From Azolla caroliniana (taxonomy: Eukaryota; Plantae; Polypodiophyta), in assembly GCA_043228905.1 (NCBI GenBank), contig JBHGNT010000008.1, positions 7,316,001-7,380,000 on the forward strand: 64,000 bases of DNA, in the 5' to 3' direction. Position numbers and translations under genes: made by a program. Under the pieces are notes generated by a model, which worked only from the letters and a program-made list of their open reading frames with translations, was not told the origin of the DNA and made no database searches. Below, in pieces: positions 13,401-28,020 of this stretch. Positions within the stretch are counted from its first letter, which is position 1; every line of letters begins with the position of its first letter.

Positions 13401-16400
13401 AGTTTTAGGTTATTGTCTTGGTTTATACAGGAAGCTAGTCAACTTTGTTAATGTCTATGGTTATATATTTCAGTATTCTGCTCACAAAACCAATGAAACC
13501 ATCTGAGAATTTAGTATGGAGTTGAATTTTGTGTTAACCTTTGACACATTGTGGCCATTTGCGTGTGAATATAATGATGAATTGCATAAATTGGGAAGTT
13601 TTGATCACCTATGAAGAGTTTGTAGTATATTACATTTTGGAGGCCAAGATTGTGTGGTTTGTATCAATCTCGTCAATGATTTACATTTCAGTAGGAAAAT
13701 TGCAGATATGACCTACTGTTCTGGGAATTAGAATTGAGGGTTTTGTATTGTATTGGTAGTGAATGCTTTCTTGTCATAAACTAGATGTAAATGCTTTGTT
13801 TGGACCGACGAAATCAATACAAATTCTTCCATGGAACATATTAAGTAACTAGATAAAATATATGATTATTTGGTTGTCTAAATTAGACATAGGAAAAGAT
13901 TACCCTATTTCTGGTGAAGAATGATCTGGATACCACATTTATTGACCGTGTACGCTAGTAGTATAAACATTTTGTGTGGTTGTAGAATTTAAGCTGTCTA
14001 TCAAGTTTGATGTTCTGTACTATATCTTGGTAATATTCTAAAATATTATTACTGAAGGAGGAAACCATGGATTTGAATGATTTCCTTAAGATATGCTGGG
14101 ATGGATGTATGTGCTGTACTCGATAACCTGAAGATTTCGTGAGGCAGAAGTAGTCTGTGGTAATGCAGTATAACCTGGTTGTCTACAATATTCATTGAGT
14201 GCCATTCCTTTTTGAATGACGTGAAAGGAGTGTGCGATATAGCCAGATGTTTTCTCAAAATTTTATTCATTTCATGGTTTCTGAGGATTTTATTTGGCAT
14301 AGATTGCTGAAATAATCTATATAGAATAGCAAATATTCATGGATTCTTTAGTGACATGATGGCTCTTTTGCTGAAAACTTATCCCATGTGCATACGTTAA
14401 TTGAAATTTGGGATGTTTGTGCTCACAAATCAATGCTTAGGATTGTACGCAATCAATAAATGCAAGTTCATGAAATTGGGAGAGACATTGTATCCCATTA
14501 ATATAGACCTTAACTGAAAATTGGGATCTGGCAAATGAATGTTTAAGATGCATTTGCCCTTGGTAAATATACTGTCTGTCTTGCAGATTATTATAAATAT
14601 CCTTTTCATGTTTATAATATATACTGGTGACGTGAGAGTAAGCGGACATTTTTTCCATGCAACCTAGATGATGCACACAAAATTATGAACTGGTGTTCTT
14701 CAAATTTTAAATCCTTGTCTCTTGCTTACTGTTTATTATGTTTTTCCAAACATGAATACTCAGATATGTAGTCTTGTCTATGCTCATTACATCAGTAATA
14801 GCATAATGTGATTGAAGTCTAGAATATAAATTTTCTTGGTGCTGTGTTTCTAGCCATATGTATCATGGGTTGATATTATCAGATAGAAATGTGGTGTTTA
14901 ATTGGTCTCTGTTTCTAACTATATGGCCAATGGATTGATATTTCTGTCACTTTAATGGATTTGTAGTAAGATCTTTGGATGACGTATCCATTTTGTCTCT
15001 ATGCTTCTTTATCTGGAATTATAGAATGTGTCTATGAAATCTATCTATTGTGTTCGTCTATTTCAGCAGTCTGGTGTATCTTTCCTTGTCATGCGTTAAG
15101 ACAGATGGTCTCTCTTTAATCCTTTGATGCATGATGACCTTCATGTGATGATTAAGTCATATTAATTTGATGCATTGTATGATCTAGCCTCACGAAATCA
15201 AAATCAGGAAATTCTGTCGTCATTTGTACATGGGCGAATTTTCAGTAATCTAATTCAATTCTATATAATATCTTATAGCAATGAAAGAAAGGCGGTGTGT
15301 CACCTTGATTCGAACATGTGAAATGTTATGTTCATACAACAGCAAGAATTTAACCAAAAATTTATAGAAAATCAGATTAATTAAATTTCATGTATTCATA
15401 TATCCTTATGATTTAAACACATTGGATGCTTTTAGCTTGCAGTGTTGTGTATTGGAATTCAAAGATGAATAATTTTTTTGAGTCGTGTGCAAATTCACTT
15501 TAAATTGAAGTCTACCTTTTCAATTTTAGATGGTTCATTTCTAGTGGCAGATTGTCTTGTTGGTCAAACCTGTTTTATGTTGACAGGTACGAGGATTGTT
15601 TGGGGCATATGGCAATGTTATAGAGGTGGTCATTTTGAAAGATAAAAAGTCAGGGTTGCCACAAGGTATAATCCAAATTTTTGAAGCGCCAATGAACTTT
15701 ATACAGGCAGGGTGATACGAATGTGGTTTGATTAATTTGGAAGTTTGGTCTTGTAAAAGCTTATTCCATTCAGCTAGCAATTTAACAAAAAAAGTTATGT
15801 TGTGTGGCCTACTAAATCCATGTTGAACAGTTTTCTCCTGGCTAGTTTGATCTTATAAAAACTTGTTCTGTTTAGTTGGCAATTTAATGAAGAAAGTGCA
15901 TATGGTTGGTTGTGTGGAATACTAAATCCATGTTGAACTGTTTTGTCATGGCTAGTTTGGTCTTGTAAATGCTTATTCCATCCACTTGACAATCTAATGA
16001 AGAAAGTGGATCTGGCTGTTTGGAATACCAAATCCATGTTATTTTTTTATGGTTATAGTTTAAGTGCTATAGCAATTCATGTTATGCTGTCATGTCACGT
16101 CTCGCATTGCTACATTAAACGGGATCTAGCTAATCATGATGTTGGCGTAAAAACGTATATTGATATGTTATTCATTTTTAATATTGGTTTGTTAATAGAG
16201 CGATATGGATTTATGTTGAAGTGATGTCTCTGTAATTAATCCTAGGCTTCTTACTTCATCCTATAAGTTGGATCGTGCTATAAGTGAAGTACATATTAGA
16301 AGCTTGATAATGATAGTAGTGGGATAAGCTTATGCAAAGTGATTTTCTTTCACCATCTTATTCATCTTCTAAGAAATAAGTGCAGTGGATTTCTCAATAC

Positions 16401-19400
16401 TCAAGTCATTATTCTGTGATATAACTGGGGTTTTGAAGTTATTATTCTGTGATATAACTGGTTTTTATTTTGTTTTGTGTTGACAAGACTATCCACTATC
16501 TATTCATTCACCTAATTGCTTTTTTTTGGATTGTCACTAAACCAGAAGGAAGAGTAGACAGTGTAAGGGACATATAATCCCATCTCTCTTGTTTTATTTC
16601 CAGGTTGTTGCTTTATAAAGTATCCAACTGCTGTTGAAGCTGAGAGAGCAATTCGAGCATTGGACAACCAAAGAACATTACCAGGGGTAGGTTTAATTTG
16701 CAACAGTAAATTGTACATCAACCAATCTTTCTCTAAGAATAATTGGATACCATCTTACTTTGGTATATCTTAAGAACTGGGAAAGAATGCTGTAAAAGAT
16801 TTGGTGGGTTATGTTTATGATTTATGCAGGGATCTGCACCTTTGCAGGTGAAGTTTGCAGATGGTGAAAGAGATCATTCTGGTAGAGTTTGTTAGCAAGA
16901 TTTTATATTGAAACTGAAAAGATGCATGTGTAGAATAATATTTTCCTTTTATTTGATTTTCATAGGACAACTGGAACATAAGTTGTTTGTGGGATCACTG
17001 AATAAGCAGGCGAATGAACAGGAAATTGAAGAGGTACATTAATACATTTCCAATTAGACAATTAGTCAACTATGAAAATTTCTGAAGGATGTTAGTTTAT
17101 TGAATGATTAAACATATGGCTGCGTCCAAAGTTTCAAAAGTTTTATTGAATGCTTCTGTATCTCATCTCTATTCTTTCAATATGTACATCTTACGAGGAG
17201 ATGTAGGGATGTTAAAGCACCTCTTGTATTTGATAGGATCATGCCATTCAATAGATAATAAATATGGTGCCAACTTTTATTGTTCAGATTCCAGAAACTA
17301 TCATCTATGTTTGAAAAGAGCTGGATATAGCTTCAATGTTGAGATTTTACATTTTTAAAATAATTGACACATTTTATACATATCATGCTGGTGTTTAATT
17401 TATGTGAGTGTATGTTTACAGATCTTTGCTCCCTATGGACGAGTGGAAAATATATACATCATTCGGGATGACCACAAACAAAGCAGAGGTATGGATAAGA
17501 GAGAAGCCCCAATAATTTAAAGGAGTCAAATCCTATTAAAGAGGTGTTACAATTATTTTTGAAACTGCTATGCACCCTGCTGCAATAAAAATTAATCTTG
17601 TTTGATGGTAGTTTTCTGGTGATCACCAGCACTAAGGGAAAAGGGATTGTAAATAACAAGCTCCATGTTCTAGAGAATATAAGATCAGGATTGCTCACAC
17701 ATTAGTAGTTTCAAGCGCATGTTGTAAGGTTCTGAAATATGGGATTGTTGGCTGATGCCTATCTAATTTCCATATTCAGGTTGTGCATTTGTGACTTTCC
17801 CGGACAGAGACATGGCCATAGCAGCCATATCTGCGTTAAATGGCATCTACAGGATGGCAGTAAGTTGATGGATGTAGATTATGTGTGGGTATAAAACTAT
17901 TACTATGTGCTTATCATATGAATTATAATGGTGTGGAACTTCAGGGGTGTCACCAGCCAATTATTGTCCGTTTTGCTGATCCAAAGAGACCTAGATCAGG
18001 GGATCAAAGGTAGAAACCCTTGTCTGATTTATATTACACCATATAGTTTCAAAAGTTCCTTAGTAACGTAATAATTCCATTAGGTCTGGAGGCCCAGGCC
18101 CGAATTATAGTCCTCGTTCACATCAAGGACCTGGAGGAATAAGGTATTATGTATTTCTTTTTGTCTCAAACGTGTAATGTTACTTACTGTAGATTTAGAT
18201 TTGACATTTTACTTTCATATGGTATAGAGGTCCAGGTGGACCCCCAATGGGTGCACGCAGTCCTGTATATGGATGGCGCCAAGGTGGAGGTCCGGGAGGC
18301 CCAGGTGGAATGGGGGTGCTACCTCAGACTGGGATGCTCCCTTTGGGGCCACCACTATCACCATCTCTTCGTGGTCCATTGGAAGGCCCTAACATACCAA
18401 TGGTAAACTACCGACACTTTCTGCATATTTTGACAAATTTAATGCTATTTTCTGCTCAAATCTTGTCATCAAATCATTGTTATAGAAGTTTCACTGTGGC
18501 AGCTCCAAATCACACTGCTATGAACAGATCTCCTTCAGCCCTAAGTCTTTTAATTTCTTTTGAGGTTTGGGTAAACCTAAGATCATTGTGTGCATACTTT
18601 GACAGTTTTCAATTTTACTAACTCCCCAAATCTAGTCATCAAATAGTCATCGGCTTAAAAGTTTGTTTGTGGTAGATCTGGAACATACTGTCTTTATAAA
18701 TCTCCTCCATCTGCAAGTTTTGAAGCTCTATTGAGGTTCTAGTAAACTTGGGAACACCTTCTGCAGACTTTAACATTTTTAATATGCTCTCGAAAGGAAT
18801 TGACAGAGCAAAAGAAACAACCCATAGAGTTTTATGAAAACAATGGGGACTCAGACAGAAGTTTTGGAGTGGCATCTGAAGATCACATTGCATTTAATAG
18901 ATTGACTTCAGCATTATCTTCAAATTTTGGGTTGGAGAATGCGTATTTTGACAAATTTAGTGTTATTAACCTGCCTGCAATGTAGTCACCAGATCATTGG
19001 TGATTCAGCCATATAGAGTCTCAGAGCACACTGTTCTTAATAAATTTCCCCCAACAACCTCATTACAAGGTTTTCTAAAAGAAACAAGGAATACTTTGGT
19101 GCTCACTTTGAACTTCTAAAAAATTGTCTCGCCGTAATATTTGGGCTTAATGTATTGCTCTGTCCTTTTCGTTCACTAACATTTGAGTCAATCGATTTGG
19201 CAATTGATTCCTAGTATGAAATTTCAAATTGGACTGTCCTGTGGATTGGAGATCTATAACTTTGATTGTTGTGTCATTGGAAAGTGTAGATTTTATGCAA
19301 ATGTGCAATTCTTAGTACATTGCAGCTAATTTTGGAAATCTAATGTATAGATCTTTCTTTGGCCATAAAAACTGCAGAATTTTTTTATAAACTCCTTTAG

Positions 19401-22400
19401 CCAATCCTTATCCAAGCTCTTAATGCATTTATGTAATGCCTCTTAGTAATATAATATAAACTCTATACAGGGTATGAGAGCTGGTGGTGCTCCCATTCAA
19501 GGCGCCCCAAGTATGTCAGGCCCACTTCCCATGCCAGTGATGAGTCCTCAGCTGTCTCATCCGCAGGTAAGAGCATGACTTGACTCTATATGAAAATTTT
19601 AATTGAACAAAACAGTTTTCTCTGCAGTTAATTAACCAGATTGCTATATTTTTATTTTAGGTTTCGATTGTATGCATGATTTGTGATAACCCATATATTG
19701 ATAAATTAGGATTCGCTAACATGTGCCTGAAAGAGAAGAAACAAGGGTATGAAAATTGAAGTTCTCTATTCATTTCTGAAAAGAGAAGAAAAGTATCAAT
19801 TTAGTTTGGCCCTTGAATGATTGCTTTACGGTCATCAATTCAAACGGGAAAATGAGTGAAAAAGGTTAGGGTTATCAATTTATACTGGAGGTGATAATAC
19901 ACAGATATGCATTTCTGAAAAGAGAAGAAAAGTATCAAATTAGTTTGTGCCTTGAAAGATTGCATTTAGGGTTATTAATTCGTACTGGAAAAAGAAGTGA
20001 AAGCAATATTACAATGCTGTCAGGAGATGTGGATATACAGATTTATGTGTTTTTTGGAAAAAGAAAAAATATGCAGATTCAGGTTCATGTTGGCCTTCTG
20101 TGGTGGTAATTGGTCAGGTTCTAGTATAGAAATCCTTCGTTTGGGCTGAAATTTCGCATTTTCAGTACAGATAGCACTCTTCATTATTGACTGACCTATC
20201 ATATGTTTTTCACTTGTTTTTAGTATACCTGGATATGTCTATGCAGAAGGAAATGTTTAATGGTTTACAGTCTATCACTGTGTGCAACAAGACAAGATTA
20301 CTGAATTAAGTTTGATAGTGCCAAATGTATGAAAGATTGAAGTTGATGTATTGCTCTTTTCATTTTGGGTTCAATTCTGTATGGTTCCAGGGTTTTACTG
20401 ATCGCAAGCCAGGTCAAATTATGGGCCAACAGGTACCATCACATCAACAGCAACCACAACAGATTTTACAAGGTCCTATGCAGCATCCTTACCAATTCCA
20501 ATCTTTACAAGGCTTTCCCTTGACACAGCCTGGAGATACAAGGTCACAGCAGCAGGTACCTTTAGGGCAATATTCATCTCCACAGACAACCCCACAGATC
20601 TATAGCCAGAGTCCTATGCCACAACGCCGAGCTCAACAACAGGTGGTCACTTCAATGCAGCAACCAGTACTCCAGATGCCAATTGTGCCTCATCGTCAAC
20701 CGGAGTCTCAACCAAACCCACAGCCTATTGTAGTTCAAGCTGGTCAATCACTCCAACGTCAAGTACTTCCAGTTCAGACCCAGATGGAACAAGGAGCTAC
20801 AAAGGAAGCAACTCAACAGGTAAGAAGGGAAGTCCTCTCTTGGGTATCTTTACGATGGAAGCATCTTAACAGCCTATTATATCCAGAACTTAGTGTGGTC
20901 AGGATTAGATCTTATGGCAATTCTGGTGAACCTTTCATGCAACTTTATGTCAGGCATGTCTATTTTGTGAAAGAAGAAAATGGAAGTGGGCATTAATTAT
21001 CACATTTCACCTGCATCTTTATGAATAAAGGCTTGTTCCATTTTTGTTTGTAGGGGTATCTTCAAATGACTAGCCAGCAGCAGCCTGTGGCAATGCAGGT
21101 AACTGTGGTCATGTGTCAGATACTTTTGTCATTTGTTGGTGTTTTTTATGGACAATGTCATCCTAAGCTGCCGCAATTTCTCTGTTTTTGCTTTTCAGCC
21201 TGCCTGGTCTATTCCTGTACAGCAACAAGTTGTCACTTCAGTAGCAGCACCTACAACAGCACCTGTGTCTATTGCTCCAGTAGCAGCATCTGCTACTTGT
21301 GACTGGACAGAGCATACATCTCCGGAAGGTCATAAATATTATTACAACAGTTCAACAGGGGAAAGCAGGGTAAGCATTCCAGAAGTTGCATGATGATGGC
21401 AGTATTTTGTGTCCTGCAAGATTATAGGAAGTTTCCAGAACTCAACTGATCAGAAAGGGGAAAGTAATTATCCATAATCAGAAAGTGGAAAGAATTATAC
21501 TTAATCAAAGCGATTTAATATCAAGTCTCCCACTTAATGCCATTGTAGATGATTAACACAATTGGTAGAGATTATCGTGAATTAAAATGGAGCTCATAAT
21601 TAGTAAATATATTAAAATCTAATCAATAATCCTCTAGCTTTATTGCAGCATGATGTTGAGTGAGCACTACTATTCAAATCTCTCTTGTAATTTGTCCTGC
21701 AATGGTATTTGGTAGCATTGATCACATTTTCGTTCATGAAGACATTAAAGAAGAGTCTTGCAAATTTAGATAGATTAGATTAAGGAAAATTATGCCCCTT
21801 TTGACCAAGGGCATATTTAAACGAAAGGTCTACTTTCATATATCATCCAACATGAATTCTACTTCTTGTATATCACCTCGACATGAAGGGTCTATTTGAA
21901 AGTTGAAATTCTCAGGTTCTTTAGTCATGCAGTAATTTGTTTCCTGCAGTGGGAGAAGCCAGAGGAGTTTGTGGCATTTGAGCAGCAGCAGCAACAACAA
22001 AAACAGCAGCAATTGCAGGCTTCCCATCATCAGCAGCAGCAACAGCTACAGGCTCAAATTCATATGCAAGGCCAACAACAACTACAACCACAACTCACAA
22101 ATCTACAGCAGTATCAACAGCAGCCACCTGTTGTAAACCCACAGACTCAGCAACAGCAGAATCCATCTCAACAAGTGCAGCATTATCTTCAGCCTCAAGT
22201 CCAGCAAAGCCTATTACAGCAACCTCAGTTGCAACAACAAGTTATTCCAGTTCAGCAACAAACTCAGCTGCAACAATCACGAGAAGCCCAGTTTCAATCT
22301 CCTGCAGCCTCATTGGTATTCAATGATCATTGTCAAAAAATTTCGCCATTGTTATATCTTTTAATATTTTTTGCCATTTTCCTTGCAATAGAAGGGGCAA

Positions 22401-24120
22401 AAGAAAGATGAATTTGCTATATATATTTTTATCGCTGAATGCAGTAAATTCATGCTTTGTTGTGATGCAGCAATATCCACAGAGTGCTACTGGAGCATCA
22501 TATCAACCACCAGTCCAAGTATTGTTTCATCTGATCTGATATTCTTGCATCTATAATTAGAAGGGGTTTCTTACAAACTATAATTTTGGTTAACAGGGTT
22601 ATGGCCAGCTGCAATCTTCCAATGGTAATCGTACACAGCAGTTAATGCCAAGCCAGCAGGTAGATCTGCTAAATTTTTCTTGTATATAATCTGTAAGCTC
22701 CCTCTGTCTCTGTATATATAACACTTCAACAACCATGTATCTGTTAATGGTTTTAACTTAGTCTCATAGATAATTTTGGCCTTTGTGAGGGTTATATGGA
22801 ATATCATTTCTTTTTATTTCTCTTGATGATTGTGGATGTATGTCATTCCTCTCTTTTTGTAAGTTTCGCCATTATCCATAGATTGATATGCACACAATGT
22901 GCATTTCCTTCTGTTTAGTATGTTTTTTCATTACTGTAGATTTTATATATGACTCTGTGAGCGCTGCCACTGTTTAATTAGTAATATCTTTTATTTCAAA
23001 TTAGTGTTTTCACATGGTATACTTTTTTATGAGAAGACTATAAATTTCAGTGTCCTGTCGGGTTGAGCATGTCAGTTTTTTTTTTGAGCTTTTTCAATAA
23101 GTTCTTCATATATGGAAGTTCTTGATACATAAGTTTTTCAATAAAAAAAGAAGAGATGTAATTCCTCCAATTAATTCTCTGTCACTAGGAAACTGCATCC
23201 TCTTCAACTGACAAGTCATGATGTGCTTTTTGTATATAAGAAGTATAATCTTACACTAAGATCTTGAGAAGTTTTAGATCTAAGATTAGTTAATGTTGAT
23301 TAAGTTTTGAGTAATAAAGAAGATAAGGTGTCAGTAGATAAATCTTTTCTATGAAACGACTTCTTTTAGTGAGAAGTTCAAATTAAAATTTGCATAGGAA
23401 TTCTTTCTGGAACCAATCATAGATATTCCCACTAGATGTTAATAGATACTCTGTAGCATGCTAAGCCAACTTGGAAGATCTTGATGAGCAATGTTTGATT
23501 GAAGATTTGGGAACCGAGGTTCATTATTCAGGAAATTATGGTTGCTCAAGTATTTTAAGTCTAACGATGTAAATTGATCTTAAAGGCTATAAATGTCCAG
23601 GTGCTCACACAAGCTCCAACTGCCAATGGTATGCCTGATCAGGCTCGACCAGCTCAATGGATGCCAGCTGCTCAGCAGGTGATTCATACTTGGTTGAGTC
23701 TTTGATTTCTGATCAAGTGTCTAGTTTTCGATGCAATGTCTGTGTATGAACAATCTTTCCTTGCCAGGGTATTCCCAATCAAGAGTGGATGTGGAAGTCT
23801 AAGCCTACTGGTAAATGTTTTGACTACAGTGTAGTTTATTTTAATCTTTTTAGTTTTAATGATGATCATAGTTAGGTTTATCTCAATTTTTGTAGTTCTA
23901 ATACTAACTGTAGTTATGTTGATCACTATTTGATTTTAGGTTTCATTGCAACTTTTGTTTAGTTTGTATGTCAGGGTTTAGGCACAATTTTATATTAGGT
24001 TTCATTCCAATTTTTGTTTAGGTATGTTAGGCTTTAGGCACAAATTTATATTAGGTTTTATGTTTGGGTTTTGGGTTTAATTGCATTTTTCTTTGATTAT
24101 GCATGTATGCAGGCTCCTGA
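10498..24120 (+). CDS. FCA: FCA-like flowering-time / RNA 3'-processing protein (2 RRM + Q/P-rich region + WW domain), 21 coding exons
   Basis: Exons called by eye at GT-AG boundaries with consistent phase: 10498-10636, 11798-11859 (FAKLFVGSLPRNIGEDE), 15587-15665, 16604-16686 (GCCFIKY), 16830-16881, 16966-17033 (HKLFVGSLNKQA), 17422-17488, 17780-17859 (GCAFVTF), 17945-18009 (IVRFADPKRPR), 18084-18143, 18228-18402, 19471-19566, 20391-20819, 21054-21098, 21199-21369 (CDWTEHTSPEGHKYYYNSSTGESR), 21950-22315 (WEKPEE), 22471-22518, 22597-22659, 23586 or 23601-23678, 23768-23810 (QEWMWKSKP), 24113-24120 (stop). The domain layout and C-terminal EWMWK motif match plant FCA. Confidence 0.92.
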
Positions 24121-24632
24121 ATGATCAGGTGGAAAATTATTGCGACTTTCCATAAGTGGGATAATTCATGTTGATCTATGCTCTTCCAGATCAGGTGGAA
24201 GTTTGGTTTGACATGCATGTTGGATGGTGGATGGATCAGAAGGATTATTTTTAAGTTTGAAAGAAAGAAAATCTGTATTTCAGAAGGCTGATTTTGACAT
24301 AGGGTGGAGATTTCATGGAACAAACCGGTGTACTGTTCCCATTCTTTTGGGTCCTTTGATATTTTAATGTTGCTGTAAAATTATACAACGTCTAGATAGG
24401 ATAGAAACATGAGACAGAACTAAACAAGTGCTAGAAGTCGGCTTTCCAGGAATTGAATGCATCCTGACATGGAGGATTATCTGTCATCTATGCCAGATGC
24501 TTTAATGAATTGGATGGGAAACATTCAGAGGTTTATTAAGTTATCCTCATTTGATGTAGCCGTGTACCTTTTTGTTGCAATTGAATTATGTATTCTGGCA
24601 GTGTCTTCTATGCTAGAGATTTGGGTTTCTAA

Positions 24633-24939
24633 CATCTGTTGTGGCATGTATTGTGATAGTCTCTCAAGATTTTTTGATCAAAACTAGTAACCGAGCAAAC
24701 AGTTAATGTTATCATAGATGGTGTGGTTTCACTTCAATGTTATTGTGAAGCATATATGATGGGGTTTTGTGCTTAAAAAGCATATATCTGTTGTGGCATG
24801 TGTTGTGATAGTCTCTCAAGATTTTTTGATCAAAACTAGTAACCGAGCAAACAGTTAATGTTATCATAGATGGTGTGGTTTCACTTCAATGTTATTATGA
24901 AGCATATATGATGGGGTTTTGTGCTTAAAAGCATATATA
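24633..24939. repeat. Near-perfect tandem duplication of ~153 bp downstream of FCA
   Basis: ATCTGTTGTGGCATGT.TTGTGATAGTCTCTCAAG...GTGCTTAAAAAGCATATAT at ~24633-24786 and ~24786-24939, with few mismatches. Confidence 0.92.
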
Positions 24940-27780
24940 GGGTGTGATTCAAAGCATTTGATGCGCTCAACATTTTCTTGTTTCATAACATTTAGATAGT
25001 CTAGTTGCATGGAGTCAAGATTTTGAACTATATAAGTAGCCCTTATCCACACCTTTTATAGTGGAATGAGACATTCAGGTTTAACAGACTACACGTGCAT
25101 TTGAACAAAAGCAAAATTGCTTCAGCCCGCATACAATTGAAGGAAAGCCATTCATTTCATGCTATACATTGCATAGATACCTAGCAAACCTGGTACTATA
25201 TGCCAAACTCATGGGTCAATAGAAGATAGAGTTTGGTTTTTGTAGTCCAAGGTACTGATTACATGCTGCAATTCTATTCATGTTTTTCTTTCTACTCTAG
25301 GCAGAAATGTCTCTTTGGCAACCAATGCCTTTCACAACTACTTAAATGATGGTGTGTTTTTGACAATACACTTTTTTATTCTATATAGTGATAGGGGAGA
25401 CTCGATATGACTTCCTAGCATGCCTAGCAATAAAAGTTGTTATGGTTGTTATGTTTCAACTTGGGAATTTTAACACTGTCCTTAGTGAGGTTTTTATAGC
25501 GAGCTAGGGTTGCATTACCTCAAACATCATGGTCTATGGTACATTTGGAGTATGAAAAATGGATATTTGTTTGAAGGTCTTGATTAAGTACCCCGATATG
25601 TGTGTAGTGTAAAAGGAAAAATGGTTTGGTAGCTTCGCAACTAAGCTCTGCAGGCACCTAGTCCTAAGTGGGATTGCTTTTATGACCACTAATGTTACAC
25701 CACCTTAGAGGGTGGGTTTGCCTTGCCATAAAATCCTCCCCATATTATTGTAGTTGAGATGACAATGTTTTTTTGTAATACCATTTTGTTTAAATGTATG
25801 CAACACATTTACAAAAATCAAGAGAAACAAAGGGGAGTGATAATGAGACAATACATTTTCCGTTTTTGAAAGAACATAATTATTCACAAGGGAACCTAAG
25901 CGTCACACCAATACCATATCCGAACCATAACAATATGATATACACAAGAAAAAAGGGTCCAATTCAATACCATGCTGAAGCATAACAATGGAGCCTAGTT
26001 GTTTAACCAAACCAAAACATACAAGAGGCACTTAGCTCCATAACCATACCAGAGTAGGTGAATATCATAACAAATAGATTTCCTAGCTTGAGAAAGAGGC
26101 ACCTGCAAACCAAATGCGAGAGAGAGAGAGAGAGTACCTGATGAGCTTTATTACCACTCATTGGACACATACAAACAAAGAACCATCTACACTGATATGT
26201 GGGCATTTTGAGTAATGGTTAGTGTTGAGACATCGAGCTCTTTATGTAGTGAGACAATAACTAGAATGTCTAGCTGGTCGGATGAGAGACCCCCCTGTAA
26301 CCACTACTAAAATGTTTTAGTGATTAGGGTGGATCTCCAATTAGACTCGGACTCGCATGTCAATGCTGGTCGATTGTGTGAAGAATTTGGACCCACTAAA
26401 CATACCACACAACCACCCTTTGTCCAACCTAAATAGGAGATCCCCTTCAGCTCATAATCGTGTTGCAACTCATTAACCGTATATCTTTATTCTCTCAAGT
26501 ACCTTATACGTGTATTGAATACACATGGGAGATTCCATCCCCCACATAGGTAACTTTAGTACAGTAAGGTTATCGAACACACAAGGGAGATTCCATCCAT
26601 CCCCCACATAGGTACTCACGGGGGCTGCAAAGTGTGTGCAGCTTGGTAGAAGGATACACATGCCACAAATCCATGACTCAACACGAGTTATGGGCATGTT
26701 CTCCATTTGTCAAAGAAGACTTAGAAGCCCACGACTCACTCCTCGAGTCATGAGCACCTTGTCAAGGCCATGTTTTGGTTCCAATCACAAAACCCCTCAA
26801 ACAAAAACATTGGATATGTTACACCTCCCCCCCCCCCCCCCCCAAACAAAATCTCATTTGTCATTAAAGCTACTATATTTTATCATTAGCATTCCCTTTC
26901 TCCTTCTCTCTTATTCACATTTAATGTATTTATTCCTCCTTTTCTCCTTTTTCTCTATGTGCTTTCTCTCTCTTTTGTTTTTTTGGGTGAAAACACACAA
27001 TTATATTAATAAATGTGTGTGAAAAACACTACTTACAATGGGTGTAACAAAAGAGTATGGTCACTCACTAACTACACAACATGGGTAGTGGAACATGTTG
27101 AATTGCCAATAGGCAAGATGAACACTCCACTGAGGAAAAAATTTCCATTTGCTCCAATAAAGAAAATTGACACATTAGTACTCCCTTCAACTTTTGTAGA
27201 TATGCTTTCACTCCATGTCTACCATCGAATACAAAAGCGCTGTGCATGTTCCAATTATGACGCAATCCCCAATATCTCAGAAATATAGGAAAACGACCTC
27301 CATCTCTGATACGGGATCAACCTGTATAAATTGTGCAAACACCCACTGACTAGGTGACAAATAACACCGTGATAAAACTTGCCAGATTTGAGAAATGTAA
27401 CTCCAAATCTGATAAGCAATCGGACATTGTATAAATCGATGAGTACTATCTTCCGTTTAAACGGTGCAAAAGAAGCAATTACCCGTTGCTAGTCCAGACT
27501 CCACACGACGCTTTAGAGCTAATCCCAAAAGGCAACCCTCCCAACCCCAAAAAAACTCAACCAAAATTTAGTACTCTCTTTGCTCTGTGCCTGTGTGTCT
27601 CTGTGTCTAGCTCTGTTCTATCTGCTATCCTATCAAAATCAAAACCCTGTTCCCCCTCGATTCCGTTTCCTTTCTCTTTCTAGGGTTGCAAAAGAATCTG
27701 ATCCCTCCTCCTCCTTCTGCCCCTTCTTCTTCTTCTTCTTCTTTCTTTTTCTTCTTCCCAGTGTTAGTATCTGCGTGGCT

Positions 27781-27984
27781 ATGGCTCATCTGCATAGGGT
27801 TGTTTTATATGATCAGGCCATGGAAGACGAATTCGAGCTCCCTCCATTCGATGATAACGATGACTTTTCTGAGGAATTTGGAGAGGATCAGTACGACTCT
27901 GACATCGACGATAAATTCGATATGGTTAGTCTTTTTTGTTTTGTTCCTTTCAACTCGAACAGTGAACATTCGTGCATATATATA

Positions 27985-28020
<36 letters not shown>

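Noticed and set aside
15715-16040. Short internal duplications in FCA introns (also ~11420-11590, 19720-20000 and 23930-24060)
   Set aside because: Ordinary local slippage duplications with no structure suggesting function.
25900-26800. Possible solo LTR between the two host genes
   Set aside because: No convincing TG..CA termini with a TSD could be identified.
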